Assembly: GCA_036351795.1 (NCBI GenBank)
Contig: JAZBPW010000020.1
Span: forward strand, 1,418 to 65,417
Origin: Candidatus Zhuqueibacterota bacterium
GTDB taxonomy: Bacteria > Zhuqueibacterota > Zhuqueibacteria > Thermofontimicrobiales > Thiofontviventaceae
Length of the DNA stretch: 64,000 bases
Direction: 5' to 3'
Part shown: piece after piece, positions 37,822-48,209 of the stretch
How positions within the stretch are numbered: position 1 is the first letter of the stretch
Layout of the letters: each line of letters begins with the position of its first letter
Notes under the pieces: model-generated
Told to the model about the DNA's origin: nothing
Databases searched by the model: none
The model's input: the letters and a program-made list of their open reading frames with translations, nothing else
Translations under genes and position numbers: made by a program

Positions 37822-40800
37822 ATGGGAAAACTATCCAAACGCGATGTACACTGGTTGCAGGAGAAATTTGGTGACCGGGTGACCTTCGACAAGACCGAGC
37901 GCGTGCTTTACGGGCATGATATTGCCGCCATGCCCAGGCTGTTCAAGCCGTTGATCGGCGACACCACCCCCGATGCCGTAGTGCAGCCTATGAACGAAAC
38001 CGAACTGGCCGAGATGGTGCACTGGGCTGCCGAAAAGAACATCCCGCTTACGCCCAGGGGCAAAGCCTCGTCAGGCTATGGCGGTGTGTTACCGACACGC
38101 AACGGGATCGTCGTCGATTTTTACAAGATGAAGGATGTCATCTCAATCGATGAAAAAAACATGACTGTCACCGTTCAGCCAGGAATCACATGGGAGCAGC
38201 TCGATAAAAAGATCGATACCAGCAATCTGGCGCTGCGTTTATACCCGTCCAGCTATCCATCATCTTCGGCAGGTGGCTGGCTGGCACAGGGCGGCGCCGG
38301 CTTCGGATCTTACGAATACGGCTGGTTTTCCGAAAATGTGGAATCCGCGAACATCGTTTTGCCCACCGGAGAGATCAAAAAAATCTCCGGCGATGAACTG
38401 GACATGGTAGCCGATGCCGAGGGAATCACCGGCATCATCAGCGAAGTGACGGTGAAGCTGCAGCCAAAGACTGATCTCGGGATCATCGCCATCGCCTTTC
38501 CGGATTCCGAAAAATTTACCCGTGCCATGAAGGACGTCGTCGACAGTGGCATGCCGGTATGGTCGATCATCTTCATCAATCCCAAGATGGCGGAGATGAA
38601 AAACCGCGCACCGCAGATGCTGCATCACGGTCATCCTGTCGGACACAAACCACTGCTGCCTGCCGCATACATTGCCACGATCGCGTTTCGTGAATCAGAC
38701 AGGTCAGCAGTGCTGGAAAAGCTTCCCGGCATCCTCGACAGCCACGAGGGTGAGATGCTGAGCCAGGAGATCGCGGATCACGAGTGGGAGGAGCGGTTCA
38801 AATTGATGGTCGTCAAGAGACTTGGACCGTCGCTGGTACCGGCGGAAGTGGTTGTGCCCCTGAAGAACTTCGACAAGGTGATGTCTGAAATTGAAAGAAA
38901 GGTAGATCAGCCCGTGGTCAAGGAGGGTGTGCTGATCAGGGATGGCGCTGATGGCGAACCGGAAGTCGTAATCCTGGGCTTCATCCCGAGCGACCAGAGG
39001 AAATTCGCATACAATCTGGTGTTCGGTCTCGTGCTCACCATTCTGAAGATCGCCGAGAAGCATGGCGGCAGGGCCTATTCAACCGGACTCTATTTTTCCA
39101 GCAGGGCAAAAGATATCCTCGGCGCCGAACGCCACGACAGGTTGAAAGCGTACAAGAAACAGGCCGATCCGAAAGGGCTGCTCAATCCGGACAAGGTGAT
39201 CGGCAAGAAGCTCATCGGACGCATACTGGGCATGGCCAATCTGCTGGAGCCGCTCGCCCGGCCGTTCGGAAATCTGTTCATACAGAAAGTGGGTGAACGT
39301 CCTGAAATGAAACAGGTGAGAGACATTCCGGGTGACGTTGCCTGGTACGCCTACGCCTGTTCGCAGTGCGGTTATTGCGTGGATGAATGCGATCAGTTTT
39401 ATGGACGCGGCTGGGAAAGCCAGTCGCCGCGTGGAAAATGGTACTGGTTACGTGAATATATGGAAGGGAAGGCCGACTGGGATCAGAAGATGGTGGATAC
39501 GATGCTCGTCTGCACAACCTGCGAGTTGTGCAATCTTCGCTGCTCCGCCTCGCTCCCCATCGAACAGTCATGGATGAAACTGCGCGGCAAGCTTGTCCAT
39601 GAAAATAAAGAGATGACATTCCCGCCCTTCGAAATGATGGGCGCCGCCCTGAATTCGGAAGGCAATATCTGGGCTGGTTACCGGAGCAACCGCACGGACT
39701 GGTTCCCCAAAGAACTTTGGGAAAAGCATGGACCGAAGCACAAGAGCAAGAACGTCTATTTCGCGGGTTGCACCGCATCCTATGTCGAACACGACATCGG
39801 CGCTGCTTCTGTGACCCTTCTGGATGCGGCTGGGGTCGATTTCACCTATCTCGGCAAGGCGGAGAACTGCTGCGCCACGCCCATGCTCGTTGCCGGTAAA
39901 TGGGATCTCTTCACCAAGGTGATGAAACAGAATATCGAAAACGTAAAGGCCGCCGGCGCGGATACAGTCATTTCATCCTGTCCCGCCTGCGACATGATGT
40001 GGCGACATACGTACAAAGAGTGGGCGGAGAAGCTCGGTATCGAGTACAATATCAAGGCGAAACACTACAGCGAGATCATTGCCGGGAAGATTGATTCCGG
40101 CGAGTTCAAGTACACCAAAGAGATCAAACAGCGCGTCACCTGGCACGATTCATGTCACATCGGCCGTGTCTCAGGTGTCTACGAAGAGCCACGCAAAATG
40201 ATCCAGGCCATTCCGGGCATCGACTTTGTTGAGATGCGGCACAATCGCGACGAAGGGCATTGCTGCGGCAGTGTGCTCACGTTGATCAAGGATCCGCTGG
40301 TCGCGCATGAAGTGGGTAAACACCGGCTCGACGATGCCATCGAGAATGAGTCTGAATCCGTACTCGCGCTCTGTCCCTGCTGTGAATTTCAGCTGCGCGT
40401 GAGTCAGCAGAAGAAAGATATTCCGCTGGAAATTCACGACCTCGCCGCATTCGCCTGCAAGGCGCTTGGAAAAGAGTTCAAAGACCCGAATCCCGAGGTG
40501 GCAAAACAGTGGGCCGTATTCGAGGGCATGATTGCGCTAATGACGCCGAAAGGTTTCGCGGAGCTGATGGACAGCATGTGGCCGGAATTGCTCAGGGCAA
40601 TGCCACTCGGCATGGGCGGTATGATGAAGGCCATCGGCAAGCTGGGCTTTGTCGGCGACGCCATGTTCGCCGCCATGAAGCCCATATTTCCTGTGCTTTT
40701 TCCAAAGCTGTTGCCGGGTATGATGCCGAAGGTGATGCCGACCATGCTGTCCCGCGTGGGCGACAGGATACCCATGCCGGATTACATGGCGGAACAGATG

Positions 40801-40923
40801 CCGGATATGATGCCCCAGATCATGGACAATCTGATGCCGAAGATGCTGCCGGACGTTGTACCGCTGGTCGTCCCGAAGATGATCGACCATCTGCGCGGAC
40901 GCAACGGCACTCATTTACATTAA
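37822..40923 (+). CDS. Fused FAD-linked oxidase (GlcD-like) plus Fe-S/CCG-domain (GlcF/HdrD-like) oxidoreductase of the YdiJ type. The C-terminal ~140 aa form a Met/Pro-rich tail.
   Basis: FAD_binding_4 region (residues 40-230). Ferredoxin-like 'CSQCGYCVDECDQ', 'CTTCELCNLRCSAS'. CCG-like 'CCAT...SSCPAC', 'CCGS...CPCC'. Tail 'LLPGMMPKVMPTMLSRVGDRIPMPDYMAEQMPDMMPQIMDNLMPKMLPDVVPLVVPKMIDHL'. Confidence 0.8.
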   Translation: MGKLSKRDVHWLQEKFGDRVTFDKTERVLYGHDIAAMPRLFKPLIGDTTPDAVVQPMNETELAEMVHWAAEKNIPLTPRGKASSGYGGVLPTRNGIVVDFYKMKDVISIDEKNMTVTVQPGITWEQLDKKIDTSNLALRLYPSSYPSSSAGGWLAQGGAGFGSYEYGWFSENVESANIVLPTGEIKKISGDELDMVADAEGITGIISEVTVKLQPKTDLGIIAIAFPDSEKFTRAMKDVVDSGMPVWSIIFINPKMAEMKNRAPQMLHHGHPVGHKPLLPAAYIATIAFRESDRSAVLEKLPGILDSHEGEMLSQEIADHEWEERFKLMVVKRLGPSLVPAEVVVPLKNFDKVMSEIERKVDQPVVKEGVLIRDGADGEPEVVILGFIPSDQRKFAYNLVFGLVLTILKIAEKHGGRAYSTGLYFSSRAKDILGAERHDRLKAYKKQADPKGLLNPDKVIGKKLIGRILGMANLLEPLARPFGNLFIQKVGERPEMKQVRDIPGDVAWYAYACSQCGYCVDECDQFYGRGWESQSPRGKWYWLREYMEGKADWDQKMVDTMLVCTTCELCNLRCSASLPIEQSWMKLRGKLVHENKEMTFPPFEMMGAALNSEGNIWAGYRSNRTDWFPKELWEKHGPKHKSKNVYFAGCTASYVEHDIGAASVTLLDAAGVDFTYLGKAENCCATPMLVAGKWDLFTKVMKQNIENVKAAGADTVISSCPACDMMWRHTYKEWAEKLGIEYNIKAKHYSEIIAGKIDSGEFKYTKEIKQRVTWHDSCHIGRVSGVYEEPRKMIQAIPGIDFVEMRHNRDEGHCCGSVLTLIKDPLVAHEVGKHRLDDAIENESESVLALCPCCEFQLRVSQQKKDIPLEIHDLAAFACKALGKEFKDPNPEVAKQWAVFEGMIALMTPKGFAELMDSMWPELLRAMPLGMGGMMKAIGKLGFVGDAMFAAMKPIFPVLFPKLLPGMMPKVMPTMLSRVGDRIPMPDYMAEQMPDMMPQIMDNLMPKMLPDVVPLVVPKMIDHLRGRNGTHLH

Positions 40924-40931
40924 AAAAAATA

Positions 40932-40968
40932 GACCCGGCGTCGAACTGCAGGCGCCGGGTCTCTTATT
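40932..40968 (+). terminator. Intrinsic terminator of the marR-oxidase operon.
   Basis: A 9-bp GC-rich stem (gacccggcg / cgccgggtc), followed by 'tcttattc', immediately after the stop. Confidence 0.55.
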
Positions 40969-41092
40969 CAGAGGGCTCAATTTTCTGACTTTCTTCCAGT
41001 CTCTTTCAGTTTCAGTCCAAATTGACAAATCACATGGTTGATTTTTAGGGAAAATATCTTTATCTTAGCCTTTCTATGCAAGTGGAGGCAGG

Positions 41093-41749
41093 ATGTTGGC
41101 ATACAAACCAAAGAGAAGCGCATCGAACACTGTTCTGATGCTGGCAGTGCTTGTGATGGTCATTTTCATCATCTTGTATCTGAATTCACAGAGCAGCCGC
41201 TTATCCAAATACACAGATCTTCTCGAGCAGATCGACGGTAGCGCGCAGGTTGTTGAAAGAACCTATTACAATAAACCGTTGCGTTTTTCAATCACCGTAC
41301 CGGACAGCACCTGGAGATTTCAATATAGTGATGAGATGGATACTACAGGGTTTCAATCACGTTCATCTCTCGATCCGATGCCTCTGCTGCGCATATACGC
41401 GGCAGAGTTGCAGGATACCTCTGTGATATCAGAGATATCTGTTTTCCATAGAGATTCTAACGAATCCCCCGAAAAACTGGCGCAGGATGATCTAGTAAGA
41501 TTGAATCACGAATTGCCGCGAATATCCATCGTCAGAGATGTTACCAGCGCCAGCAGCGCATCCATCATCGGGGCATATTTTGTGGTTGAGGAGACAGGGA
41601 AGTATAAAATCCCCTACCCGGTCCAGGTCCGGATGTTTATCGTGAAGGAACAGTTTGCGTTCAGGATGACATTCCAATGCAAACGGGACAGGTACGAGGC
41701 GTTTCGCACCGATATCGAGCATATCATAAAAAATGTCCGGCTTCTGTGA
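41093..41749 (+). CDS. Hypothetical membrane-anchored protein (N-terminal TM, then ~180 aa).
   Basis: ORF with N-terminal TM 'VLMLAVLVMVIFIILYL'. No recognisable motif. Confidence 0.4.
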   Translation: MLAYKPKRSASNTVLMLAVLVMVIFIILYLNSQSSRLSKYTDLLEQIDGSAQVVERTYYNKPLRFSITVPDSTWRFQYSDEMDTTGFQSRSSLDPMPLLRIYAAELQDTSVISEISVFHRDSNESPEKLAQDDLVRLNHELPRISIVRDVTSASSASIIGAYFVVEETGKYKIPYPVQVRMFIVKEQFAFRMTFQCKRDRYEAFRTDIEHIIKNVRLL

Positions 41750-41925
41750 ATATCCAAGAGCATGTTTCACAGCCGCCGGACAAGTCTCTTGCAGGTGAAG
41801 CTTTATCAGGATTTCCTGCAGCCAGGCAGTGGATATTCCGATGATGACTCCTCAGACATCATTATCCACATTCCACAGGACTTCGCCGTATAGCCCAGCG
41901 ATACAGCCTCAAACGGTTTCTGATC

Positions 41926-43380
41926 CTATTTGTTCACAACTTTCAACAGTGTTCTCGCCGGCAGCATATCATTCAGCTGCATCCCATTCAAAATGGCCAT
42001 GGATTCCAGATCGTTCTGCGGCACACCGAATGTCAGGAACGCCTTCTTGGCTGTCATTCTTGAAGGCACAGTACGGACTCTGAGCACAGCCGGCTTCACA
42101 TTTATCTTGCTTCTGTCGGTCAACTGTTTGAAGTTAGCCATCGTATTATTGAATATCGAAGAATACGTGTCAAAATTGGCCGCTGCTGTATATCCATGAA
42201 ATACGTAGATCGCATTGCTGTACTTGATAAAGTATGACATAATCCTCAGCGCCCCCTGTTCCGTCTGGATATCGCTGATGAGGCGATGCGCCGGCATCCT
42301 GTTGACATTGAGCTGCTCGGATTTCTGCACAGTTGCCTGGGCATTGGTTACAAAGGCATTTGCGGCATCGGTTGGAGAAGTGCCCTGCTCGAGCGCAAAA
42401 ATAACAACCGCGTCTTGACTCTCGTTGAACATCTGAACCTGTTGCGGCGTGTTGTTCAACTGCCACTGCGAGGGGACGGGAAATTGGAATTTGAGTTCCG
42501 GATGATAGAACATGTTTCCGTCGACGTAACCCTGCCGTGGATCTTCGCCATAAGTCATTCCTTCCAGTTTCTTGAGATACTCGTTGCGATTCACCGCGAA
42601 ATTCGTTCCCGTCAGCTTTTGCTGCCATTTTTCCGTATCCCTGAGCACGGCTTGCACGCGGTCCGGCGGATTCGGATGGGTCGAGAACCACGCGGGCAGT
42701 CCTGATTGAGCGGAACTTGGATTCAGCCGCTCCAGGGTCTCGAAGAATTTTGCCATTTCATGCGAATCGTATCCAATCTTGGATGAATATTCGACACCCA
42801 GCGCATCGGCTTCCCGTTCATTATCCCGGCTGAATTTGAGAAAGAGCATACTCACTCCGAAGTTCGCGATGCCGGCATATTTTCGGAATGTCTCGGAAAA
42901 GACCGCACCGAGGCCGATTCCCAGCTGCGCAAGCGTAGCTGTACTATACTGCTTCGCGCTGTGGCGGGCATTCACATGCCCTAATTCGTGCGCCAGAACG
43001 CCTGCCAGCTCAGCTTCATTATTGAAGTAAGCCAGGATACCACGCGTCACGTAAACAAATCCACCCGGCACGGCGAACGCATTGATCACCGGCGTATCCA
43101 GCACCTTGTAATCATAATTGAGATGCGGACGGTGGGTAACCACCCCCATCCGTTCACCCATGGCATCAACATAGGCATCGAGATTCGTGTCCTGATAGAC
43201 GCCATAGGTCTGAATGATCTGGGCATCGGTTTGCTGTCCGAGACCGATCTCATCCGACTCAGTGAGCAGCATGAACTCACGTTTCTTGGTGACCGGATTT
43301 ACGGCGCATGACACCAACCAGGCCATAAACGTAAATACCAAAGCGCTCAAGATCAGCTTGACAAACATTTTCGACTTCAT
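41926..43380 (-). CDS. M48-family Zn metallopeptidase (lipoprotein signal, HExxH and EREAD motifs) with a C-terminal LysM-like segment.
   Basis: 'LAHELGHVNARH', 'NEREADALG', signal peptide with a lipobox 'LVSCAV'. Confidence 0.8.
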   Translation of the reverse strand: MKSKMFVKLILSALVFTFMAWLVSCAVNPVTKKREFMLLTESDEIGLGQQTDAQIIQTYGVYQDTNLDAYVDAMGERMGVVTHRPHLNYDYKVLDTPVINAFAVPGGFVYVTRGILAYFNNEAELAGVLAHELGHVNARHSAKQYSTATLAQLGIGLGAVFSETFRKYAGIANFGVSMLFLKFSRDNEREADALGVEYSSKIGYDSHEMAKFFETLERLNPSSAQSGLPAWFSTHPNPPDRVQAVLRDTEKWQQKLTGTNFAVNRNEYLKKLEGMTYGEDPRQGYVDGNMFYHPELKFQFPVPSQWQLNNTPQQVQMFNESQDAVVIFALEQGTSPTDAANAFVTNAQATVQKSEQLNVNRMPAHRLISDIQTEQGALRIMSYFIKYSNAIYVFHGYTAAANFDTYSSIFNNTMANFKQLTDRSKINVKPAVLRVRTVPSRMTAKKAFLTFGVPQNDLESMAILNGMQLNDMLPARTLLKVVNK

Positions 43381-43762
43381 ACCATCCCTCCATTATACAT
43401 AAAAGATTGAATTCCTGTGTTCTCAGGTTCATGTTCGTTGAAATAACCGGCAAATCTGGTCATCATCAGAATATAGAAAAGAGTGTGTTCCTGCATTTAG
43501 TTGCTCTTCCAAGATCACCTGCATCAGTGTGAATTCGGTTTCTGGAGTGTAGTCAAACCACGTCATCCAACAGCGCAGCAATTCGTCAGGCGGGGTTCTG
43601 AACTCGAATCCTGTAAAAAATATAGTTTAAAATCTTGGAAAAATCAAGTTTTTCTTGTATTATTCCAAATTATTCTTTACATTTCATCATAAATGATCTT
43701 CAATCGGGGACGTGCTTCGAATAGTTGTGTTGATATCGGGTTTCTAAATATTCGGGTCGTTT

Positions 43763-44587
43763 ATGAAATTAGCTATCGTCTCTGATGAGATTTCTTATGA
43801 TTTCAGGGAGGCTATTAACTACGGTAAGAAGTGGGGGCTGCACTATTTCGAATTAAGAAATCTGATTACAGGGCGCGTACCATATATCGCAAGAGATGAA
43901 ATCGATCAGATTTTTGATGTCAAAAGTGAGTTCGGCATCACAATCTCTTCTATTTCTCCGGGTTTGTTTGAAATCTCACTGCAGCAGGAAGAGCAGCTGA
44001 AGAAGGAACTGGAAGAGAAAATCTATGATAGTTTTCGCTTCGCTGCCATGCTGGGAACTCGTGATATCATCATCTCAGGCTTCAAGAGATACGACGGGGA
44101 GCCACAGCACAATTTCAGTCAGATCCTCCATATCCTGCAGCGAATGGCAGTTCTGGCGGAAAAATATGGTTTCAAGCTGCTGATAGAGAATCACGCGGAC
44201 AGCTGGTGTGACACAGCTGAAAATATGACCAAAGTACTCGAATCGATCGATTCAAAAGCCCTCAGAGCGTATTGGAATCCAGGAAATTCATTTGCGGCAG
44301 GCGAGATACCCTATCCTTACGGCTATCTGACTGTAAGGAAACATATTTACAGTTTGCATGTTAAAGATGCGAGACGAATGGATTCAGTCACAAAGTGGGT
44401 GCCGATCGGACAGGGGGAGGTCGATTGGGAAGGTCAGTTTCATGCCATCATGCATGGCGTGGACTTAAAGTATATCACGATACAGGCGCAGAATGGACCG
44501 TTTGTCGAAGCATCGAAATACAATGTGGAGCAGGTCCTTGACTTGCTAAAAGATTATAAATTGAGTGATGAACAGATCATTCGATGA
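43763..44587 (+). CDS. Sugar phosphate isomerase/epimerase (xylose-isomerase-like TIM barrel).
   Basis: 274 aa, 'LLIENHADSW', 'HVKDA'. Confidence 0.7.
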   Translation: MKLAIVSDEISYDFREAINYGKKWGLHYFELRNLITGRVPYIARDEIDQIFDVKSEFGITISSISPGLFEISLQQEEQLKKELEEKIYDSFRFAAMLGTRDIIISGFKRYDGEPQHNFSQILHILQRMAVLAEKYGFKLLIENHADSWCDTAENMTKVLESIDSKALRAYWNPGNSFAAGEIPYPYGYLTVRKHIYSLHVKDARRMDSVTKWVPIGQGEVDWEGQFHAIMHGVDLKYITIQAQNGPFVEASKYNVEQVLDLLKDYKLSDEQIIR

Positions 44588-44630
44588 CTGCTTCATCAGA
44601 AATAGTATATCGTATTAAAAACAGGAGTGT

Positions 44631-45863
44631 TTGATGGCAAAACTCGCAATTCAAGGTGGAGATCCGGTTCGAACGAAACCTTTTCCACAATGGCCGTATC
44701 AGTCGGAAGAAGAGATAAACGGCCTTGTAGAGGTATTGAAAAGTAATAAGTGGGGCTCCTTAAAAGGAAATAAGGTCAAAGATTTTGAAAATCAATATGC
44801 TGCCTTTCATGATGCAAAATACGGAATATGCGTAAACAGCGGCACCACGGCGCTTTATCTGGCGTTGCGTGCAACAGGCATCGGATGCGGCGACGAAGTA
44901 TTGCTGCCCGGATATACATTTATCGCGACCGCCACGGCGATCATCGAGGCCGGCGCGACACCCGTTTTTGTCGACATAGATCCTGAGACGTATAACATCG
45001 ACACATCCCTTCTCGAAAAAAGTATTACCGATAAAACCCGGGCGATCATGCTCGTTCATTTCGGCGGTCGTCCCGTGGATATGGATGCAATCAATGCAGT
45101 GGCGAAAAAGCATAATCTGAAAGTCATTGAGGACGCTGCGCAGGCATGGGGTTCTGAATGGAACGGGGAAAAAGTCGGAAAGCTGGGTGATGCCGGCTGC
45201 TTCAGTTTTCAATCATCTAAAAATATCACGTCCGCAGAGGGCGGTATCATACTGACAAATGACCCGGAAACGGCAAAATACGCGCGTTCATTCTCCAACT
45301 GCGGGCGCGTTGAAGGCGGCGTCTGGTATGAACACTACTACCTCGGCGGTAATTACCGTATGACGGAATTCCAGGGTGCAATCCTGCTGGCACAATTCGG
45401 TCGCTACCCCGAACTCAAGGCGAGAAGAGAGAGAAACGCGCAGATCCTGAACGATCAGCTGTCCTCAATAGACGGTGTTGGAACACTGAAAAAGGATCCA
45501 AGGATCACCAGCAATTCATATCATCTTTATATATGGCGATACGACAAAAGCGCATTCAATAACGTTCCGAAATCAAAATTCATCGAAGCGATGAAGAGCG
45601 AAGGTGTTTTCACCAGCAATGGTTACTCGGTACCGCTTTACTCACAGCCGGTCATGAAGGACAACGCATTCGGACCGATGGGCCGCAAAGTCGATCTTGG
45701 CATTGATTATTCCAGTTATTTCCTGCCGGAGACCGAAAAGGCCTGTTTCGAGGAAGCCATCTGGTTCACACAGAATATACTTCTTGGCGAAGAAGAGGAT
45801 ATGATGGATATCGTTAGTGCGGTTAAAAAAATCCAGGAAAACAGCAAAGAACTTGCCGAATAA
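44631..45863 (+). CDS. DegT/DnrJ/EryC1/StrS-family PLP-dependent sugar aminotransferase.
   Basis: 'IEDAAQAWGSEWNGEKVGKLGDAGCFSFQSSKNITSAEGG' (PLP Lys). Confidence 0.85.
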   Translation: MMAKLAIQGGDPVRTKPFPQWPYQSEEEINGLVEVLKSNKWGSLKGNKVKDFENQYAAFHDAKYGICVNSGTTALYLALRATGIGCGDEVLLPGYTFIATATAIIEAGATPVFVDIDPETYNIDTSLLEKSITDKTRAIMLVHFGGRPVDMDAINAVAKKHNLKVIEDAAQAWGSEWNGEKVGKLGDAGCFSFQSSKNITSAEGGIILTNDPETAKYARSFSNCGRVEGGVWYEHYYLGGNYRMTEFQGAILLAQFGRYPELKARRERNAQILNDQLSSIDGVGTLKKDPRITSNSYHLYIWRYDKSAFNNVPKSKFIEAMKSEGVFTSNGYSVPLYSQPVMKDNAFGPMGRKVDLGIDYSSYFLPETEKACFEEAIWFTQNILLGEEEDMMDIVSAVKKIQENSKELAE

Positions 45864-45878
45864 CCCGGGAGCAGTCTG

Positions 45879-46772
45879 ATGATCACATTGAGAAAAATCC
45901 TCTGCCCGCTTGACTTTTCAAAGTGCTCTGACAATGCACTGAAAAACGCGCTTGTCATCGCGGAGAAGTATGATGCCGAGTTGCATCTTTTTCATGCCAT
46001 TCTGATGTTCGAAGACGAAGCGTATCAAAATGATGACAGGGTGCCTGATTTCAAACAGAGCTACGATATTCTGTCTGAAATATCAGACGCCAAATTGTCG
46101 GCGCTCGTGAAGGAAAAATCGGGAAATATCAGAATGAAGAGCGTCAGCAGGCGTGGTTTTTCAGCGTCAGAGGAAATCCTGGAATATGCGCGTGAGGAGG
46201 ATATCGATCTCATCGTGGTCGGCACGCATGGCAAGAGCACTATCAGACATTTTCTGCTGGGTAGTGTCGCAGAAAAGATACTCCGTCTGGCACAGTGCCC
46301 TGTGATGACCGTCAGAGAAGACACCGAGACTCTCGGAACCCATAATCACATATTGATCCCGATAGATTTTTCGGAATATTCGAACAAAGCGCTGGCATAC
46401 GGACTCGAAGTCGCATCGATGTACGGACTCAGAGTGACCCTGATGCATGTGATTGAACGTGTCAATCACCCCTCTTTTTACGGCGCATCCATTCTTGAGA
46501 TTACTTCCAGGCTCAAGAAACAGAGTCTGGAAGTAATGAGTGAGATTCGTGCAAAAGCCGGATTTGAGGATGTCGAAACGGATTACGTGGTTAAAGAGGG
46601 AAAACCCGCTCATCAGATCGTCGAATATGCCATGGCGAATACTTTCGATCTGTTGGTGATTGCGACACATGGCTTAACCGGTATTGAACATTTTCTCATG
46701 GGAAGTACAACCGAAAAAGTCATACAGAATATCAATGTGCCGGTATTGGTAGTGAAAAAGACGGCGGAATAG
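45879..46772 (+). CDS. Tandem universal stress protein (two UspA domains).
   Basis: 'IDLIVVGTHGKSTIRHFLLGSVAEKI' and 'DLLVIATHGLTGIEHFLMGSTTEKVI'. Confidence 0.8.
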   Translation: MITLRKILCPLDFSKCSDNALKNALVIAEKYDAELHLFHAILMFEDEAYQNDDRVPDFKQSYDILSEISDAKLSALVKEKSGNIRMKSVSRRGFSASEEILEYAREEDIDLIVVGTHGKSTIRHFLLGSVAEKILRLAQCPVMTVREDTETLGTHNHILIPIDFSEYSNKALAYGLEVASMYGLRVTLMHVIERVNHPSFYGASILEITSRLKKQSLEVMSEIRAKAGFEDVETDYVVKEGKPAHQIVEYAMANTFDLLVIATHGLTGIEHFLMGSTTEKVIQNINVPVLVVKKTAE

Positions 46773-46913
46773 CCGGAACCTCTTTTTAAGAAGGTATCCG
46801 GCTATACCCATATCTTCGAACAGTTTATTAACATAACAGCGTTGCGTACGGGACATCTAAGTGGATCGTGATCTACATCCAGAGTGTACGGAACAATGCA
46901 GGATACATGATCT

Positions 46914-47903
46914 ATGCCTGCCAATCTAACGCCTCAATATTACGCTGCAGAAGAGCGATTCAAACAAGCGAAAGATGATAGAGAGCGTCTCAAAGCGCTC
47001 AAAGAGATGCTCGCCGTTATCCCCAAGCATAAAGGCACGGAAAAGCTGCAGGGTGATATCAAGAGGAAAATCGCCCGATTGAAGGAAGATCTTCAGGGAG
47101 ATGGTTCCAAAAAGGGAGCCAGGCGCTTTTCATTCAGTGTTGAAAAAGAGGGGGCAGGACAGATTTCCATTGTCGGACCTCCAAACGCGGGTAAATCAAT
47201 GCTCTGCAACGCGCTGACGAATGCCTCTTTTGAAGTCGCTGATTATCCCTACACAACGCGAATGTTTCAACCGGCAATGATGCCTTTTGAAGATATTCAG
47301 ATTCAACTCGTCGATCTGCCGCCTCTTTCCGAAGAACATCTTGAAAACTGGGTGCCCTCGATCATCAAAGGCTCCGACGCTGCGCTCATGGTTCTGGATC
47401 TCAGCGATGGTTCTATTCTCGACATGCTCGATGTACTCACATCGATTCTCAGCCATCACAGGATCGAACCTGTGGATGAATTTCACGAAGCTCATGAATC
47501 GCCGGTTACACTTCTCAAGTCCATATTTATCGGAAACAAGATCGATGTACCTGCTGCCAAAGATAATTTGTCCGTTGTCGAGGAGTTATACGGTGAGAAA
47601 TACGCGTTCATACCATTCTCAGCCAGGGAGAAGATGAATCTGGAAAGATTGCGCCATGAGATCATCGAACTGCTTGAGATCGTCCGCGTCTATTCGAAAC
47701 GTCCGGGACATCCTGCAGATTCTGAGAATCCGTTCGTATTTCGCAGAGGCGATACACTGATCGATTTCGCCAAGGCAGTCCATAAAGATTTCACTGAAAA
47801 TCTGAAATTCGCCCGTGTATGGAGTGAGGATAAATATGATGGACAACGTATCAACAAAGATTACGTTCTCTGCGACAGAGATGTGATTGAATTGCATATT
47901 TAA
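46914..47903 (+). CDS. OBG-HflX-superfamily GTPase with a C-terminal TGS domain (DRG/Rbg-like) and an N-terminal ~75-aa coiled-coil extension.
   Basis: G1 'GPPNAGKSM', G2 'YTT', G3 'DLPP', TGS 'VWSEDKYDGQRINKDYVLCDRDVIELH'. Confidence 0.75.
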   Translation: MPANLTPQYYAAEERFKQAKDDRERLKALKEMLAVIPKHKGTEKLQGDIKRKIARLKEDLQGDGSKKGARRFSFSVEKEGAGQISIVGPPNAGKSMLCNALTNASFEVADYPYTTRMFQPAMMPFEDIQIQLVDLPPLSEEHLENWVPSIIKGSDAALMVLDLSDGSILDMLDVLTSILSHHRIEPVDEFHEAHESPVTLLKSIFIGNKIDVPAAKDNLSVVEELYGEKYAFIPFSAREKMNLERLRHEIIELLEIVRVYSKRPGHPADSENPFVFRRGDTLIDFAKAVHKDFTENLKFARVWSEDKYDGQRINKDYVLCDRDVIELHI

Positions 47904-48097
47904 CCTTCGGTTGCCATGGCCTCAGCCATGCAAATATACTGCCGGTTGCCTGCTTTTCATAACGGCGCAGTATCCGTGAATCCCTCATAGCCAAAACACC
48001 GCAATGATGAAATCATCAATCTGCATGTCCAATATGCGAGCTTCTGATAAACCGTCAGATCCAATCACGCAAAATAGTCCATGCGTTGAGAATCTTC

Positions 48098-48126
48098 TTG
48101 CAAATCTGGAAAAAAATTGTTATAAT
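48098..48126 (+). promoter_or_regulatory. Near-consensus sigma70 promoter for the kor operon.
   Basis: TTGCAA, 17 nt, TATAAT, 84 nt upstream of the korD ATG. SD 'aaggag'. Confidence 0.55.
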
Positions 48127-48209
48127 ATTTTCTACCTCTGAACTTACTTATGATGTATCATGCATAAATATCGATATTATCACCACATAAATAATGAAGG
48201 AGTTGGAAT

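Noticed and set aside
41852-41860. A single DnaA-box-like 9-mer TTATCCACA in the 41750-41925 intergenic region, together with the overall strand switch (minus-strand genes to the left, plus-strand genes to the right).
   Set aside because: One 9-mer is expected by chance in 64 kb. There is no cluster of boxes, no AT-rich DUE and no dnaA/dnaN nearby. The strand switch is gradual between 28 and 37 kb.
43590-43625. A tRNA-like T-arm fragment 'ggggttctgaactcgaatcctg'.
   Set aside because: No acceptor stem, anticodon arm or CCA context can be folded around it. The remaining intergenic regions are too short or lack a tRNA cloverleaf, so no tRNA or rRNA genes are called.
47904-47940. A hairpin (ttgccatggc...gccatgcaa) after the GTPase gene, as a possible terminator.
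   Set aside because: The stem is imperfect, with a bulge, and no U-tract follows.
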